A stretch of DNA of 63,800 nucleotides, filler included, from Welwitschia mirabilis (lineage: Eukaryota): NCBI GenBank assembly GCA_051453625.1. It is 8 parts of one record of this genome, joined end to end, with 100 filler letters (N's around TTAATTAATTAA, not from the genome) between each part and the next. Parts side by side here need not be neighbours in the genome. Positions count along the whole stretch, not along the records: positions 19,525 to 26,134 come from JBOZIK010000001.1; positions 26,235 to 35,700 come from JBOZIK010000001.1; positions 35,801 to 41,464 come from JBOZIK010000001.1; 5 more parts are not named here. One strand, written 5' to 3'. The notes beneath the pieces are model-generated. The model searched no databases. It had not been told where the DNA came from and saw nothing but the letters and a program-made list of their open reading frames with translations. Made by a program: the position numbers and the translations under genes. Below are positions 25,291 through 38,800 of this stretch, piece by piece (position 1 is the first letter of the stretch; each line of letters starts with the position of its first letter).

Positions 25291-26235
25291 TGCTCTATTA
25301 CTATATAGAAAAACATTATTGCATTACTATGATGTTATCAAAACTTTCAAAAGTATTACAATGTTCTAATTCATGATATGTCAAAGGTATTTCCCCCTCT
25401 ACTTATGTTATATTATACTTCAATCTTTAATTTAAAAGAAAGCTCTCACTTAAGAATAACCTTTTTAACATTTTCACCTTAAAGTTGTAGTGTGATTTAA
25501 ATTGATTAATAACACATATCTCACCTCTGCTACATAGTTAATCTCCTCTAAATTGAATCATTTTCATACAACACACAGTCAAATAAAAAAAATGTTCTTA
25601 TCCACAGTCTTGTCTCAACATGCAACTCATTTCTCTTAGCTTGGAGGACTATATATCCATGTTTAGGGAATTCTTTTACTACTTCTTGAATAAATGCCTC
25701 AAAAGGCATTTTAAGATGTTTATATTTAAATGCCTTAAAAGGCTACTGGCTTTTAAGGCAAGGTTTTTCGAAGTGTTTTGTTAAGAAACATCTTAAAAGC
25801 ATTTAAGGCATTTTTTTAAGACCTTTTAAAAGCCTATATCTCTTATAGTGATAGAAAATTTGAGGTACTTATCTCATTAGTAATAATTCTTCAGCTCTTT
25901 GTGGTCTTCCTTGGCAATGGTGTTAAAATGTTGTGATGTGAATTTATCCTAAAGTCCTTTAGGTAAATATCTAAATCAAATAACCTGCAAAAAAACACAA
26001 GCTAGTATAGACGAGAGTTTACCCAAATGTCATAATCCTAACAAAGGCACTAGGTTTAGAGTTAGAGAATTGATTTCCAAAGGTATTTTTAGTCTTTTAT
26101 CTTTTAATAACTAAAAGTAAATAATAAAGTAAATNNNNNNNNNNNNNNNNNNNNNNNNNNNNNNNNNNNNNNNNNNNNTTAATTAATTAANNNNNNNNNN
26201 NNNNNNNNNNNNNNNNNNNNNNNNNNNNNNNNNNT

Positions 26236-28742
26236 GTCTAAATGAGGTGGAATCCATAAAATATGGAGAATCTTCATCATCATATTTATATGAGTTTTAA
26301 AAAGAAGAGGGAGAAGAATAATAAGGTTAAAAAGAGGAAGGAGAAAAATTCCTATTCTCAACATTATTTTGTAATGGTCTTCCTCTTTCAGCAAAAATTT
26401 CTTGAAGTGTTTTCTTACCAATGTCATCAAAATTTTGTAAGTTTCTTCTCCTTTTGAAAATAAGTTCTACAATGGTTCTTTTATTACTATTCATTGAACA
26501 AAGTGAGAATAATGGAATAAGAGAATTTTAATTTAAGATGATAAGGAAGATAAATACATAATGAAGATCAAGTTTTTCTATTTTGGATGTTTCATTATTT
26601 GAAATTGTTGTTTCTTAATACTCAAAAGATGTGGAATCATTATTGCAAAATGAGTACCAAAAAAATCTAATTTTAAAATGGAAAAAAAAAAGAAATCCTA
26701 GAATTTGCATACCTGTGTTTTACATATCTGGATTTTTTTCAGGTTGAATAATTATTTTCTGTTGTTTTTATTAATCAAGTTCCTTGCTAGCTGATATTTT
26801 ATCTTTTTATCAAAATTCTTTGTATCCTTGCATGCAGAGATAGTAAACAAAAACAGGAATCAAATACAATATACCATCATCCACCTGGTTATGGGGAATG
26901 ATAATTACAAAAAAATTGAACTCGAAAAACTTTAGAAAAGAAAGATTATCAAAACTGGGACTGTTATCTAGTCTATCGTGTGGATGATAGATAGGACAAC
27001 AATACCTTTATTACTAAGCTATGGTCAGAAGAAAAATTGTGAAAAAATAAATTCAAAATTTCAGAACTATCATGTCCTTTATCATTGGAATGATAGAGAG
27101 AGCGACAGGGTGCCTAAAAAAATTATGGAAAATAAAATTTTGCTATAAAAAATCTACCTTAAACTACATTAGAAATATAATATTAATTCAAATAAATAAC
27201 TTGAATAAAAAGATTCAAGGTACTTATCTAGCTAAGGATAATCCTCTTAGCTTCTTATGGCCTTTCTCAGCAATGACATCAAAATGTTGCAGTGTGAATT
27301 TATGCAATCCTGAAGCTTTTAGGTAAACCTATAAATAAAATAACTTGAATAAAAACACACACTAATATAGATGGGAGTTCACCCAAATGTTGTAATCCCA
27401 ACAAAGGCACTAGGCTTAAAGTTAGAGAACTAATTTCCAAAAATATTTTTAGTCTTTTGTCTTTTAATAACTAAAAGTAAATAACAATGCAAAAGCAATG
27501 TAAGATGAATGGATATGAAGTGTAGTGAATGGAAAATGGAAATGGAATGAATTCTACCTATATCTTAGTCCCTTTATCAGAAGGACTGTCTTCTCTATAA
27601 CTTATATCAATTAAGAAGAGCATCTAATTAGTTCTTAATCAACATAAACTATGAGATCTATCCAACTAAGATAAGAAATGCAATATGAAATGGAATGAAA
27701 AAGTAATGCAAATCTACTACTAACTAAGGTAAACCTTAACAACGGTTGCCCTTATGATATAGATAAATCACAGAATTATCATAAGAAACTATGATTAATG
27801 TAAACCATAAGGGACATATAAAATTAAAATGAAATAACAATTGTATTGATTCAAGAGTGTCTAAGAATATTACATCCACTTACAAATAGAATAATAGCAC
27901 CTCAATGGAAGAGACTCAGCCTAACACTAGAGAGACTCCTTTATATAGCTCTAGATGAGCCTCTTGTCATTCAATCCTCTATCACAAGTATTAGGTACAA
28001 AAGATGGTTTGGAAGTAAAGGAGGAAAAGGGTATTGATAGTTTCACATTGAGGTTTTAGAAACCAAATCCTAGAGGCAGAAAATAAAACCCTAACAACCC
28101 ACATGGGTCACTTAACTTTATTTCCAAACATACAAAAATAGATGTCATCCCACCTATCATTGGGATGACATAGGGGATGTTATCATGCACCACATGTCTC
28201 TATGCCCTACTGTTAACTGTCAGCTCTATAGCTTCTATTCATGTTAACAGTGTCGTCATCCTGCCTGTCATGGGAACAATATAGGGGATGATGTCATGTG
28301 CCACATGTCTCCATGTGTTGTTGTCAGCCCTATAGCTTGTGTCGATGTCAGCAGTGTCATTGTCCTATATGTCATAGAAACGACATAAAAGATGATACCT
28401 CCTTAGAATCATTGGCTTCATTCTCGACTCTATCTAAGCTGTGTTGGTATTATGATAAGTAGCACTACTATCATCCCCTATGTCATGTGGATGACAGTGG
28501 GGATGATACCTCTCCCAAGCTTCTTAAGTAGAGTAAATCATCCTTCTCATCATTATTCTTCCTTCAATATGCTAAGTATCAGAACATGCCTAAAATGCCT
28601 TCAATTATGCCAAGAATTATGTGTTTCTGTGATTACCCTATCATCTCTCCATAATCAATAGAATTCCATCTAAACTTGTATAAATGTCCTACAAAATTAC
28701 TCTAAATACACCATCAAATTCCTATAAATTGACATTACAACA
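26236..28742 (-). mobile_element. Athila-like copy 2 (5' LTR 27285-28742, PBS, leader), apparently nested in copy 1's LTR
   Basis: LTR bounded by TGTTGCAGTG...CATTACAACA with a decayed PBS at ~27263-27284. Sequence from 28743 resumes mid-LTR (matches ~27595 onward). Confidence 0.72.
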
Positions 28743-31700
28743 CTATAATTCAAATCAATTAAGAAGAGTACTCTACTTATTCCTAATTAACATGAACTAT
28801 GAGATATATCAAGTAGAATAAGGAATGCAATAGAAGTAGAATAACAATACAACCTAATACTAACCAAAGTAAACCTTAACAAAGGTTGCCCTTATGATCT
28901 AAATAAATTACAGAGTTGTCACATAAACTATAATCAACTTAAACCATAAGGGACATACACAGAATTGGAATGAAATGAGTAATTGTATTAATTTAAAGAA
29001 CTTTACATCCACTTACAATAAAGTAGTAGCACCTCAATGGAAGAGACTCAGCATAACACTAAAGGAAATTCTCTTTGTAGCTAGAGGATGAACCTCTTAT
29101 TATTTAGTCTTTCATCATAAGAATATCGAGCTAAAAGATAAATTGAAAATGAGAATAAGGGAGGTATTTATAGTTTTACATTAAAAGTTCTAGAACCATA
29201 ACCCTTAAAGTCACAGAAGAAACCCTAGCATCCCAAGCGAAGTGTATGAACCCATTATAAGATAATTCAGTGTCAAGGTTATAGCACATTAGAGCTGCCA
29301 AAAGGGGGTTATATATAGGGGGTGTGTATGTTTTGAAAGTCATGAAGGGTGTAAGGACCGGCAAGGCATATTTAGATCAGCATGTTTCATAATTACCAAT
29401 TATCTATTACCCCCTTATCACCCATACATATATGCCTATGCCCACTAGGGTTCGGGGGATTGCATACATAGTTGTTGTTGCAGTTCACTTTTATAAAATA
29501 GTTATCGTTTTAACTATCATGGGGACAATAATGGGGATAAAACCACTTTATAATAGATAATTAATTAGCTTCTAGATTTATAATCAACCCTACAGTTTGA
29601 CTTCCAAATATGTCATCGTCCCTCATATTATGGGGACAACAATGGGGACAACACCTCCTTAGAAAAGGTACTTTGTTGACTTTAAGCTCTAGTCCAAATC
29701 ACTATTTGTAATAGGTAAATACAATTCTATCATCCCCTAGTCGTGGAAACAATAATTGAGATGACACTCTTTTAAAGCTCCTTAGGCAATGCAAATCATC
29801 CTTCTTCATCATTAATCTTCATCTAAAATACTAATACTAGAACATTCCTGAAATACCTTCAATTATGCCAAGAATTATGTGTTTCTGTGATCATCACATT
29901 GAATCTCCATACTCATCAAAATTACATCTAAACTTGTATAAATGTCCTACAAAAGCACTCCAAATACATCATCAAATTCCTACAAATTGGCATTACAACA
30001 CAAGCACATCAAAAAAATCTTTCTAATTCCCTGTTCAATTTTTTTTTTTAAATTTCTCTTCTACATTCATAATAAATGGGTTCAAGCATTTACATGTTAA
30101 GCATTCAGTTTTATGACATCTTCTTCTAATATATTTCACATGTTGTTCATAAAAAATAGTTCTGAATTACCATTGAGTGTTTATATCTATAATGCATTTG
30201 AATATACCATAAATAAATAATTAGAGATGCATTACTAGTAGGCATTCATAGCCCTGATGTAGTTCAATAATCCTAATAATAATTATTTAAAAATGTTTTG
30301 GACTTAAAAACTTTTACAATTTGTTTTTCACAAGGATAAAAGGATCATTGGCTCATTATTTCAATTGAGAGGTAATCTCATTTCATAGAAATGCATGAAG
30401 TAAAATCATAACATTAAAGGATAAAAACTATCCTTTTCCCTTAATATTTATAAAAAACTAAAAATAAAGATAACTTTTTCTTAAAAAGAAAGAATTTACA
30501 AATCTCCATCAAGACTTAGAAAAGAAAAATATCACTTTATTATTTATTTCTTAAAAAATGCCATTAATCAAGATCATTGCATCTCATAAACATATAAATA
30601 GATAAAAGGGATGAATGATTAATTAATCCTAGGAACTTATACAAAGGCGAAAGGAATGGATGAGTGTTTACATTAAATAGGTAATGGTCCTTGGGATGTT
30701 CTATTTGAAAGAAACTATTGAGCAGTTTATTTTTTATTGAATCTAGTCTTATTCATCTTGAAAAGAACTTATCATAAAATAAATACAATCTAATGTTATA
30801 TTACAAAACCAAATCTCTTTCATCACAAATACAATCTAAGGTTTTTCACTGTAATGGTCAAAATATATCTCATGCATAGAATAGTCATTCAAAATATTTT
30901 TACCATAAGAATTTAAAATTTAGAGTTCAAGAATAGGTTTGAAAATTTCATTAAGGTAAATATGATCATAAAAATACTAGGATATATACTTTTAATGTCA
31001 GAAAGAATTTAACCTATGAATTTCTTAGGCTTTTCAATAGATATATCAAGTTATTCTATTAAGATGGAAATGAGGATGAGTTAATAACTACTGAAGAAAA
31101 TAAATTCTTAACTAAAAAGGCATATGTAAGAGTGATAGGAAGTGATTTAACTTAATAGAATACAATTCAAGTTAAAGATTTAAGCATGCTCTAGAGCTGA
31201 ACCTGCTTTGCATTAGGAGATGGTTCAAGATTCAGAGATTTACTTTATATTAGTTAATGTATTTTAAAACATCATCAATCAAAGGATGGTTTATAATATT
31301 AAAGACATTCAGTTAAATAGTCATGTTTCCAAAAGATATTTTCATAAGATCATTTCTATAGCTGCATTTGAGATTATAAGAAAGGGTATACTTAAGATTA
31401 TAGAAACTATGTAATTGATTGTGTGTTTTAGCTCTAAAACTGAAAAATTCACAAAGAAAGTAGAAAAATCCACCTAAATTATGACATCTTTTATTAACCT
31501 CCAAAGGTGATTTCCCAGAGTTTTCTACTAGTTTTAGTTGGATTTTAGTATTTTAAGACCATCTAAGCCAAGTTTTTGTAAATATAATAAGATAAAAAAT
31601 AACACTAGCTCCAAAACCTAATAAGGCTTACTTAATGTATTTATCTATAATAATGATTAAAATTGTNNNNNNNNNNNNNNNNNNNNNNNNNNNNNNNNNN

Positions 31701-34700
31701 NNNNNNNNNNNNNNNNNNNNNNNNNNNNNNNNNNNNNNNNNNNNNNNNNNNNNNNNNNNNNNNNNNAGAAAGTCCATGAGTAATGAGCAACTATCTACCT
31801 AAATAATGATATTTTATATTACATCTAAAGGTGACTTCCTAGGATTTTCTTCTAGTTATAGTTAGAGTTTAGTACTTTCAAGATCATTAAATTCAACTTT
31901 CTTGTAGATGCAATAATGTAAAAGATAATACTACTTCCTAAATTTAACAAGGCTTACTTAATGTATTTATCTCTAATAATGATTAAAATTGTTAAAAATC
32001 CTGGATATTTATATTTTAAAGGGATTTGGTTTTAATAATGGCATTTTTTGTTGTGCTAGAAAGGATCTACTCTTTAGTTCATTCTTCTCTTAACTATATA
32101 TAAGTCCTTAAGAAATTTAGCATAAAAGGAATTTTTCTAATTTTTAAATGGGAAATGTTGATCTTTACTTCCTTTAAAATTTAAAGAAGTTCTTATTGCT
32201 TTTTTTCTATTTATTTTTTTCTAAAGTTTTAAGAAAAAGTTAAGGTTTTTTTTTTGGGAAAGGAACTCATTTTTCTTGTTCATTCTCAACTTTTAGGTAC
32301 TTCATATCATGTGTTTAAGTTTTCTCTAAGTTCTAGTTATTTTTTTTTTCAATCCTCAAGTGTATAACTTTGGTTTGTTGAATGTGTGTATCATCTATCC
32401 CTTTAATAATCTTGAAATTATGCAAATTGGATTTTAGATATGCAAGAAGCGTATCCTTCTCACATTACTTAAGAATAGATAGGATATCATTAGTAGTCTA
32501 GTTTAACTATTGGATGATTTGTTTAAGTTCTTATAACATGAAAGAGATTTATCATTTGAACTAATGTTAGTTATTATTAATCTATATTTGGACTTCTATG
32601 AGTCTCTTGAGAGTATTAGTTAAGAATGTGATTAAGATTATTGATTAATAAAAGATGAAGATTGATGATTATGAGATAATGATGGATATTAGTTTCTAGA
32701 TTGACTTGTGGAGTTTGGTTCTAGTTACCTTGTTTTCATGAAAAATTTGGATGATTTCTTCATCCAAGGTTATAAGTATTAAAGTAAGGATTAGTATCTC
32801 TTTGGGTTTTTCATTATTGGCCTACAACATTTAATTTCTCCTTTTCTACATCTTAAAACATTAGGATGAATGAACATTGTAAAGGTTTTTGAATATCTAC
32901 ACAAAAAATAAAACATTTGGTTTGAGAAATAATAGGATGAGAATGGGCTCCAAGAGATTCAATCTTCCTAGAAAGTTTATTTATTTAGTTGTTAACCTTA
33001 GTATTAGGAAGAATAATAAAGATACTAATAGCTTCAATGTTCATGGTGAAAATATAGCTATTCTCATGTCTTTTATTAATGTATGAAGAATTCAAGATTC
33101 TCCTAGTGATACAAATATTGCATGACCAAACCTAAACTTTTATCAGATAAAAACTAGGACTTTCATTTATAGTATAGTTTTAATGTCAATCATTCCTTAG
33201 GGATTAAAGAGAGAAACTATAATAAAGTAAGCATAAAACCAAATGTAAATAAAAAAAAATTTTAGGAAAATGAAAATAAAAATAGAATAAATATTTAAAA
33301 ATATAGAGATTAAAGTTAGAAATGAGAATAACTCTTAGAATTTAGCATGAACATAATAGTAATGATAGAGTTCTAAAATGAAAATAGATTTTCTCTATTC
33401 TTAAATTGTAAATATTAAGCTTTGTCAAAGATAGAGCATGATCATACAATCTCACTCACCATATAAGTGTTGGTGAAGAGCTAAAGTCATCTTAGCTCTC
33501 ATAGCATAACTGCATAAAGATGAAAAGTATGATCTAATTCTTAAATATCATCATACATTAGTATAAACTACATATTAAGATGTAAGCATGAAGAAATCAC
33601 TCATGAATAACATAAATCTCAACATATTTTAGTACAATAATAAGCATAATAATTATGTAAAAAATTCAAACTTTCTATCAAAAATATTGCACCAAAGATT
33701 AACTTTTGTTTCTTCAACTTATTAAAGCATTAAATGTAGGTTGCTAGCCATACTTAAAATTAGGAAATCTAAGAACAATAGTATTTCACTAATAAAATAG
33801 AGTAAGCTACAACAAATAAAGAGAAAATACTAAGCTATAATTGAAATGTAATGCTAGCCTTAAGGGCTAGAAAATCCTTAAAGAATTATCTAGAATATAG
33901 AATGCATAAAAGACATTAGTCTCATCATGAGGTATAATGGGATTAGTCCCTTCCTAAGCATGAATTATCCTCCACCAAAAATATCCTATCAAAGTGGGCT
34001 CTTAGTCCTTTTTATAAAAAAATTTAGTTTCTAGTGGTTGGAATTCTTTATATTCTACTATTTGATGGGATGTTTGAGATTCTATCTTTAGCATTTAATG
34101 AAGTAAGTTATTATAACAGGTCCAACACATGAACCTTGGATAGGATTCCTTCACCAATTGATGCCATTGCCACATGTCTTTAATTCTTTTGTCACTTGGT
34201 ATAGAATTGATCATGTTACACCTAAAGATAATGATATGTTTTTGTATATAGAATGATAAGGTTTGTAACCAGAAACAACTTTATTCTTCATGATAAATTG
34301 AGATTATAAGTCCAAAAGCAATTGTCGTTAAGTGACTAGCACCATCCTATACCTTACTAGTACCATAAATTTTTTATATAGTAATAAGTGCATCTTCTGA
34401 TATGTGCTCCATAATATAGCTAAAATCCTAAGAATGTCATGTAGAAAGCATAAAATTAAGTATGAAAACAAAAAGAATAGAAAACATATTTTTATGATTA
34501 AAATAGCTAAAGTAATATCTTTTCTTATAATAAATTAGCCCAAAATACTTGAGATAAATGTTACATATTAGCATATTCCCCAATGAAAATTTTTCTAGTT
34601 CCTTAGAAAAAAGCTGATAGATAATGACTAACACATAAAAGGTTATAAATAAAAACATTTAAGCATGATGTAAAAATGATAAAAGATTTAAAAAATTTGG

Positions 34701-35034
34701 ACAATGTTTTAAAAATGAGATATTAAAAACAATTTTAAAGTAAAAATTCCATATCCTCCAATCAAAGTTAAACTTTATCATCAAAGTTTAAAAAATAGAA
34801 AAATAAATATAAAGTTTGATAAAAAATTGATGTAAACATTAGGGAAAAGATGCTTTATTTCATGTCATTTTATTAAATCTAAGAAAAAGGAAAGCAAAAT
34901 AATATAAATAAATGCTAAAAGGAAATGTGTAATGTAACATTGCTAAAATGATGCATAAATTTAAAAGAAACTCCTAAGAAATTTTTCTAAGTAATAAGGC
35001 TCCACAAATGATTTTTGACATTCAAAAGTTCGAC

Positions 35035-35530
35035 AATTAAAAATCAAACTCGCTTGATGCTCTAATACGAAAATGTAAAAGCCTAAAATTATAAAGTTAA
35101 AAATCTTCAAACTTGACACTCTGATACCAAATGTGATGTCCTAAAAATCTACAGTTAAAAATCTTCAAACTCGATGCTTTGAATAACTTCACAATAACTA
35201 TGCCCAGTAGAATCATTAACCTAGGGCTTTGATACCAAAATGTAATACCCACAATTTGATACAGTTGAAAATCTTCAAACTTGATGCTCTGATACCAAAA
35301 TGAAAGGGTCTAAAATTTAAGTTGAAACTTTAAGACTTACTTTATTGCTCTGATATCAAAATGAAATGACCCAAACTTCTACCATTTTAAAACTTGCTTT
35401 GAAGCTTTGATATGAAAATATAAGGGCTTGAAAATTTTACCGTTAAAAAATCGGACTCGCTCTAATACCAAAATGTAATGCTCCAAAATCTAATAGTTGA
35501 AAAGAAATCGAACTTGCTTTGGTATTCAAA
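35035..35530 (-). repeat. Tandem array of ~9 units (50-61 bp), each containing a tRNA-iMet PBS plus an LTR-like terminus
   Basis: GCTCTGATACCA-like cores start at 35059, 35118, 35176 (partial), 35226, 35286, 35347, 35404, 35459 and 35516. Most are followed by AA(A)TG(T/A)AA. Confidence 0.88.
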
Positions 35531-35800
35531 ACATAAAACCTCTGTATATAATTAAATCAAAAGCTAGAAGTCTTAATCTTTGTCTTATATAATCATATAA
35601 GTCACATCTTAATTTAATCATTGAATAAAATTACTTAAGTTATTTAGACTATTAAATGTTATTCATTCATTAAATGGCACTAGTGATTTAAAACATTTGC
35701 NNNNNNNNNNNNNNNNNNNNNNNNNNNNNNNNNNNNNNNNNNNNTTAATTAATTAANNNNNNNNNNNNNNNNNNNNNNNNNNNNNNNNNNNNNNNNNNNN

Positions 35801-38800
35801 ACCAAGAATGAATGAGAGAGAGAAAGGATGTACTAATGCACAGATGTGATCTCTATGGTACATCAGTCTTCTATTTAAGAAAATTCTAAGAGTAAGTACA
35901 TCAAAAATCTAAACCTTATCAGAGTGTTCAGATGTGCGAATAAAAGGTATATCAGTGCTTGTTCAATCTCTGATTTTACAAAAATAGTATTAGTGTCTTC
36001 TAGTGTTTAGAGAAAAGATTTTATACTTGAGATGTACAATATGAATGTTTTCTCAAAGGTAAATGAACCATTATACTTTTTTGGAGAGCCATTGCACTTT
36101 TGCTAGAGAACCATTGTGTTGAAAATGGTTATATTTTCCCATCGTACAGTCAATATTTTGGAGTGTTTAGTTGACTGCAAAATGTGATTCTTGCTGCGTG
36201 TCGTGAGGTCGCCTGTTTGAATATCTACAATCACCCATATTTCTATCAGTTGGAGTTCACTGCATGTCATGCAGTCATCCACATGAATATCTATGGTCGC
36301 TCATATTTCTATCAGGTTGGAGTTCACTGCATGTTGTGTGGTCACTCATATGAATATCTGCAGTCACCGGTATTTCTATTAGATTGGATTTTACCGAATT
36401 TTGTGCGGTTACCTATATGAATATATTTAGTCACCCATAAGTATATCAGATTATATCAGTTTGAGTGAAATGCAGTCGCTCATTTTATTATGGCAGTCAC
36501 CCATGTGTTAACCAGTCTTCTTTATGTTATCAGTGTTCAGTCGATTAGAACATCATGTGCAACCACCCACTTTTGAAGCAGTATTATAGTTCTTAAACAT
36601 GCGGTCACTCGATTTTATAAATCGATCACATAGTTCTAGAAGTTACCTACACAAAAGACTAACTTACAAAAACTTGCTAACTTAATCAATGACAATGGAT
36701 TCTCAACAAACTTCCCCTTTGTCATTGATTGACGAAAAATAATAATTTGATAACTGGATTCTCCCCCTAACTCATTTAAATTTAAACACAATTAAGTTTA
36801 AACAAGTTTTGTATATAACAATCATAAAAATCAGAAGTACTTTGTAGAAAGATAAGTTTATTTATATTACTCAAAAAGTGTTATTACATGTGAACATTAT
36901 AATTTAACCCATTTATAATACAAAGAAGAGATAAAAATGTTACAAATTTTACTTCCCCTTTTTGACAAAATCAAGGATGAGAAGGATACAATAAAAAGAC
37001 ACGTAAGGACTTAGACAAACTCTAAAGATTTAGAAGATTGAGTACCCTCAGATTAAGATGTTTCAGCAACTAGAGTCCCACTGGCAATTAGAGCCTTTTT
37101 GATGTGACGAGTCCATGAGTCAATTCGATGAAGAAGATGGAGAATTTTTGGGGTTTAAGAGGCCTTAACCTTAGGCCTTGAAGGAGTAGTAGGTTCTTCA
37201 AAGATGTGCATCCTTGAAAGCATGCCATAATCTATAGGCCTCATGGGCTTTTGAATCTCCTATCTTACGAGATGAGAAATGTTGAAGTGATAACAAATCC
37301 AAGTAATGAGGAAAGGATAAGGCAGGGCACTCTGCTTGTGTGACTGAAGCTGGTTTATCATATGTTTAAGCATGATGGTAGGGACATCCAAATCTCTTTA
37401 CTAGTCTAGTGCATATATGAGATAGACCCAATAATTTGAAAGCTCATCTTGACGCCTGGCAATTGAGAGGAAGTTTTAGGATATTATTAAGTGCAGAAGA
37501 TGAAATTTTAAAAGAAGTTGAGAAGCTTTGAGAGTCTTCTTCCATGTAATGTGAGTGCCACACACATGGTGAGTGGCTACATCCTTCTCTTCAAAATACT
37601 TAGCCATGGGCCAGTATTCTCCTCAGTTTCCTCTTAGGAGGCTAGTAAGAGATGCAAAGATCTGAAGTGATATGCATTTCATAGCCAAACAGAGGTAATG
37701 GATGTAGACTGGGCTGCATCATACCTGGCATTGGAGTAGAATAACCTAGTAATTAAAGGGTAACACGTTCTAGAAATATGAAGGAAATATCCCCAATTTA
37801 CTTCTTCTAATAAGGTCTGGACTTCCTTGAGGCTGAGAAATTGCATGGGTTTACAAGTCCTTTCTAATGCAATAGGGCTTGTCTTAAAATATTTCTCATA
37901 ATGCCTCAGTTATTTCATGCTCATCCTAGAAAATACATAACTAGATGGTTTGACGACAACTTCCTTTCTTCTCTTTCTAGATCCTTCTCTTGGCTGAGAT
38001 AAAGCCATTTAAATCCCAGATCTGAGAGAAAGCACATAAAAAAAGTGGAAGAGGATCCCTTAGAATCTTAGAAAATGACAGAAAATGACACCAAAATAAT
38101 AAAACAAGAGAAAAGGAGGGGCGGATTTAAAAATCTGTGACACATCACCTTAAACGTGAGTGGCCAATTATAAGGTCAGTTAACCTATGTAAAATTTTAA
38201 AACCCTAATTGTAAGGAGGCAGGCAACCTAGATAATTTAGTGGTTGACTCTGCGAGAAGAAAATATTACAGCAAAAGGATCAAATAAAACTTGGTCGACC
38301 TAAGATAAATGCATAGTCGACCTGATATGACTGGAAGAGAACATTATAAGGTTGACCAAAGTGTATTGTTTGGTCAACCCAGATTTGACAGGATTTTACA
38401 GAAAACACTGGGACTAATGCGGTTGACCCAACACAACATGTGGTCTACCTAGTAAGAAGAAAATCTAACAGTGAGAAATTTGAGAAAAAAATAAATTCCC
38501 TAATTAAAAATTAGGTCGATTGGGGTTCAAATATATATGGTTTAAAAAGATTTAAACCCCTCATTAAATTTAATTATTGAGATGAGGCTGGGTAAGGAAA
38601 CTCCTTTTCAGACTTGATATCTAGAAAATACTGAAGGGTTAAAAAATGATCTAGAGATAGAGGTTTTGTAAAAATATTAGCTAATTAATCTTATATGCAA
38701 ACATATTCTAAAGATATGATTTTCTTTTGACTAATTCATGAATGAAGTGGTACCTGATATCTATGTGTTTGGTTTTAGTGTGTTGNNNNNNNNNNNNNNN

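Larger units (their letters stand above)
21585..25850. mobile_element. Non-autonomous CACTA element (Pack-CACTA-like)
   Basis: Right end ...ATATCTCTTATAGTG (rc CACTATAAGAGATAT); decayed left end TAGTACTAGAAATATA. Subterminal TTAAGGC/GCCTTAA repeats at both ends; 3-bp TSD AGA/ATA. The paralogous empty site is visible at ~27190-27225. Confidence 0.82.
19525..30000 (-). mobile_element. Athila-like Ty3/gypsy copy 1 (5' LTR, PBS, leader, degenerate ORF), hosting a CACTA and copy 2
   Basis: Decayed Athila-type PBS (minus strand TTTTAACACCATTGCCAAGGAA, cf. TTTTGGCGCCGTTGCCGGGGA) at ~25907-25928. LTR pieces at 25929-26134 and 28743-30000 (ends CATTACAACA). 20387-21584 is paralogous to 26236-27200. 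Confidence 0.68.

Noticed and set aside
30001-35000. Specific element calls in the very AT-rich stretch (including a duplication around 31620-31990)
   Set aside because: Probably decayed LTR-retrotransposon DNA, but I could not support any boundary or coding motif.
35035-35530. True CRISPR array
   Set aside because: Eukaryotic context, no cas genes, degenerate short repeats, and spacers related to each other.
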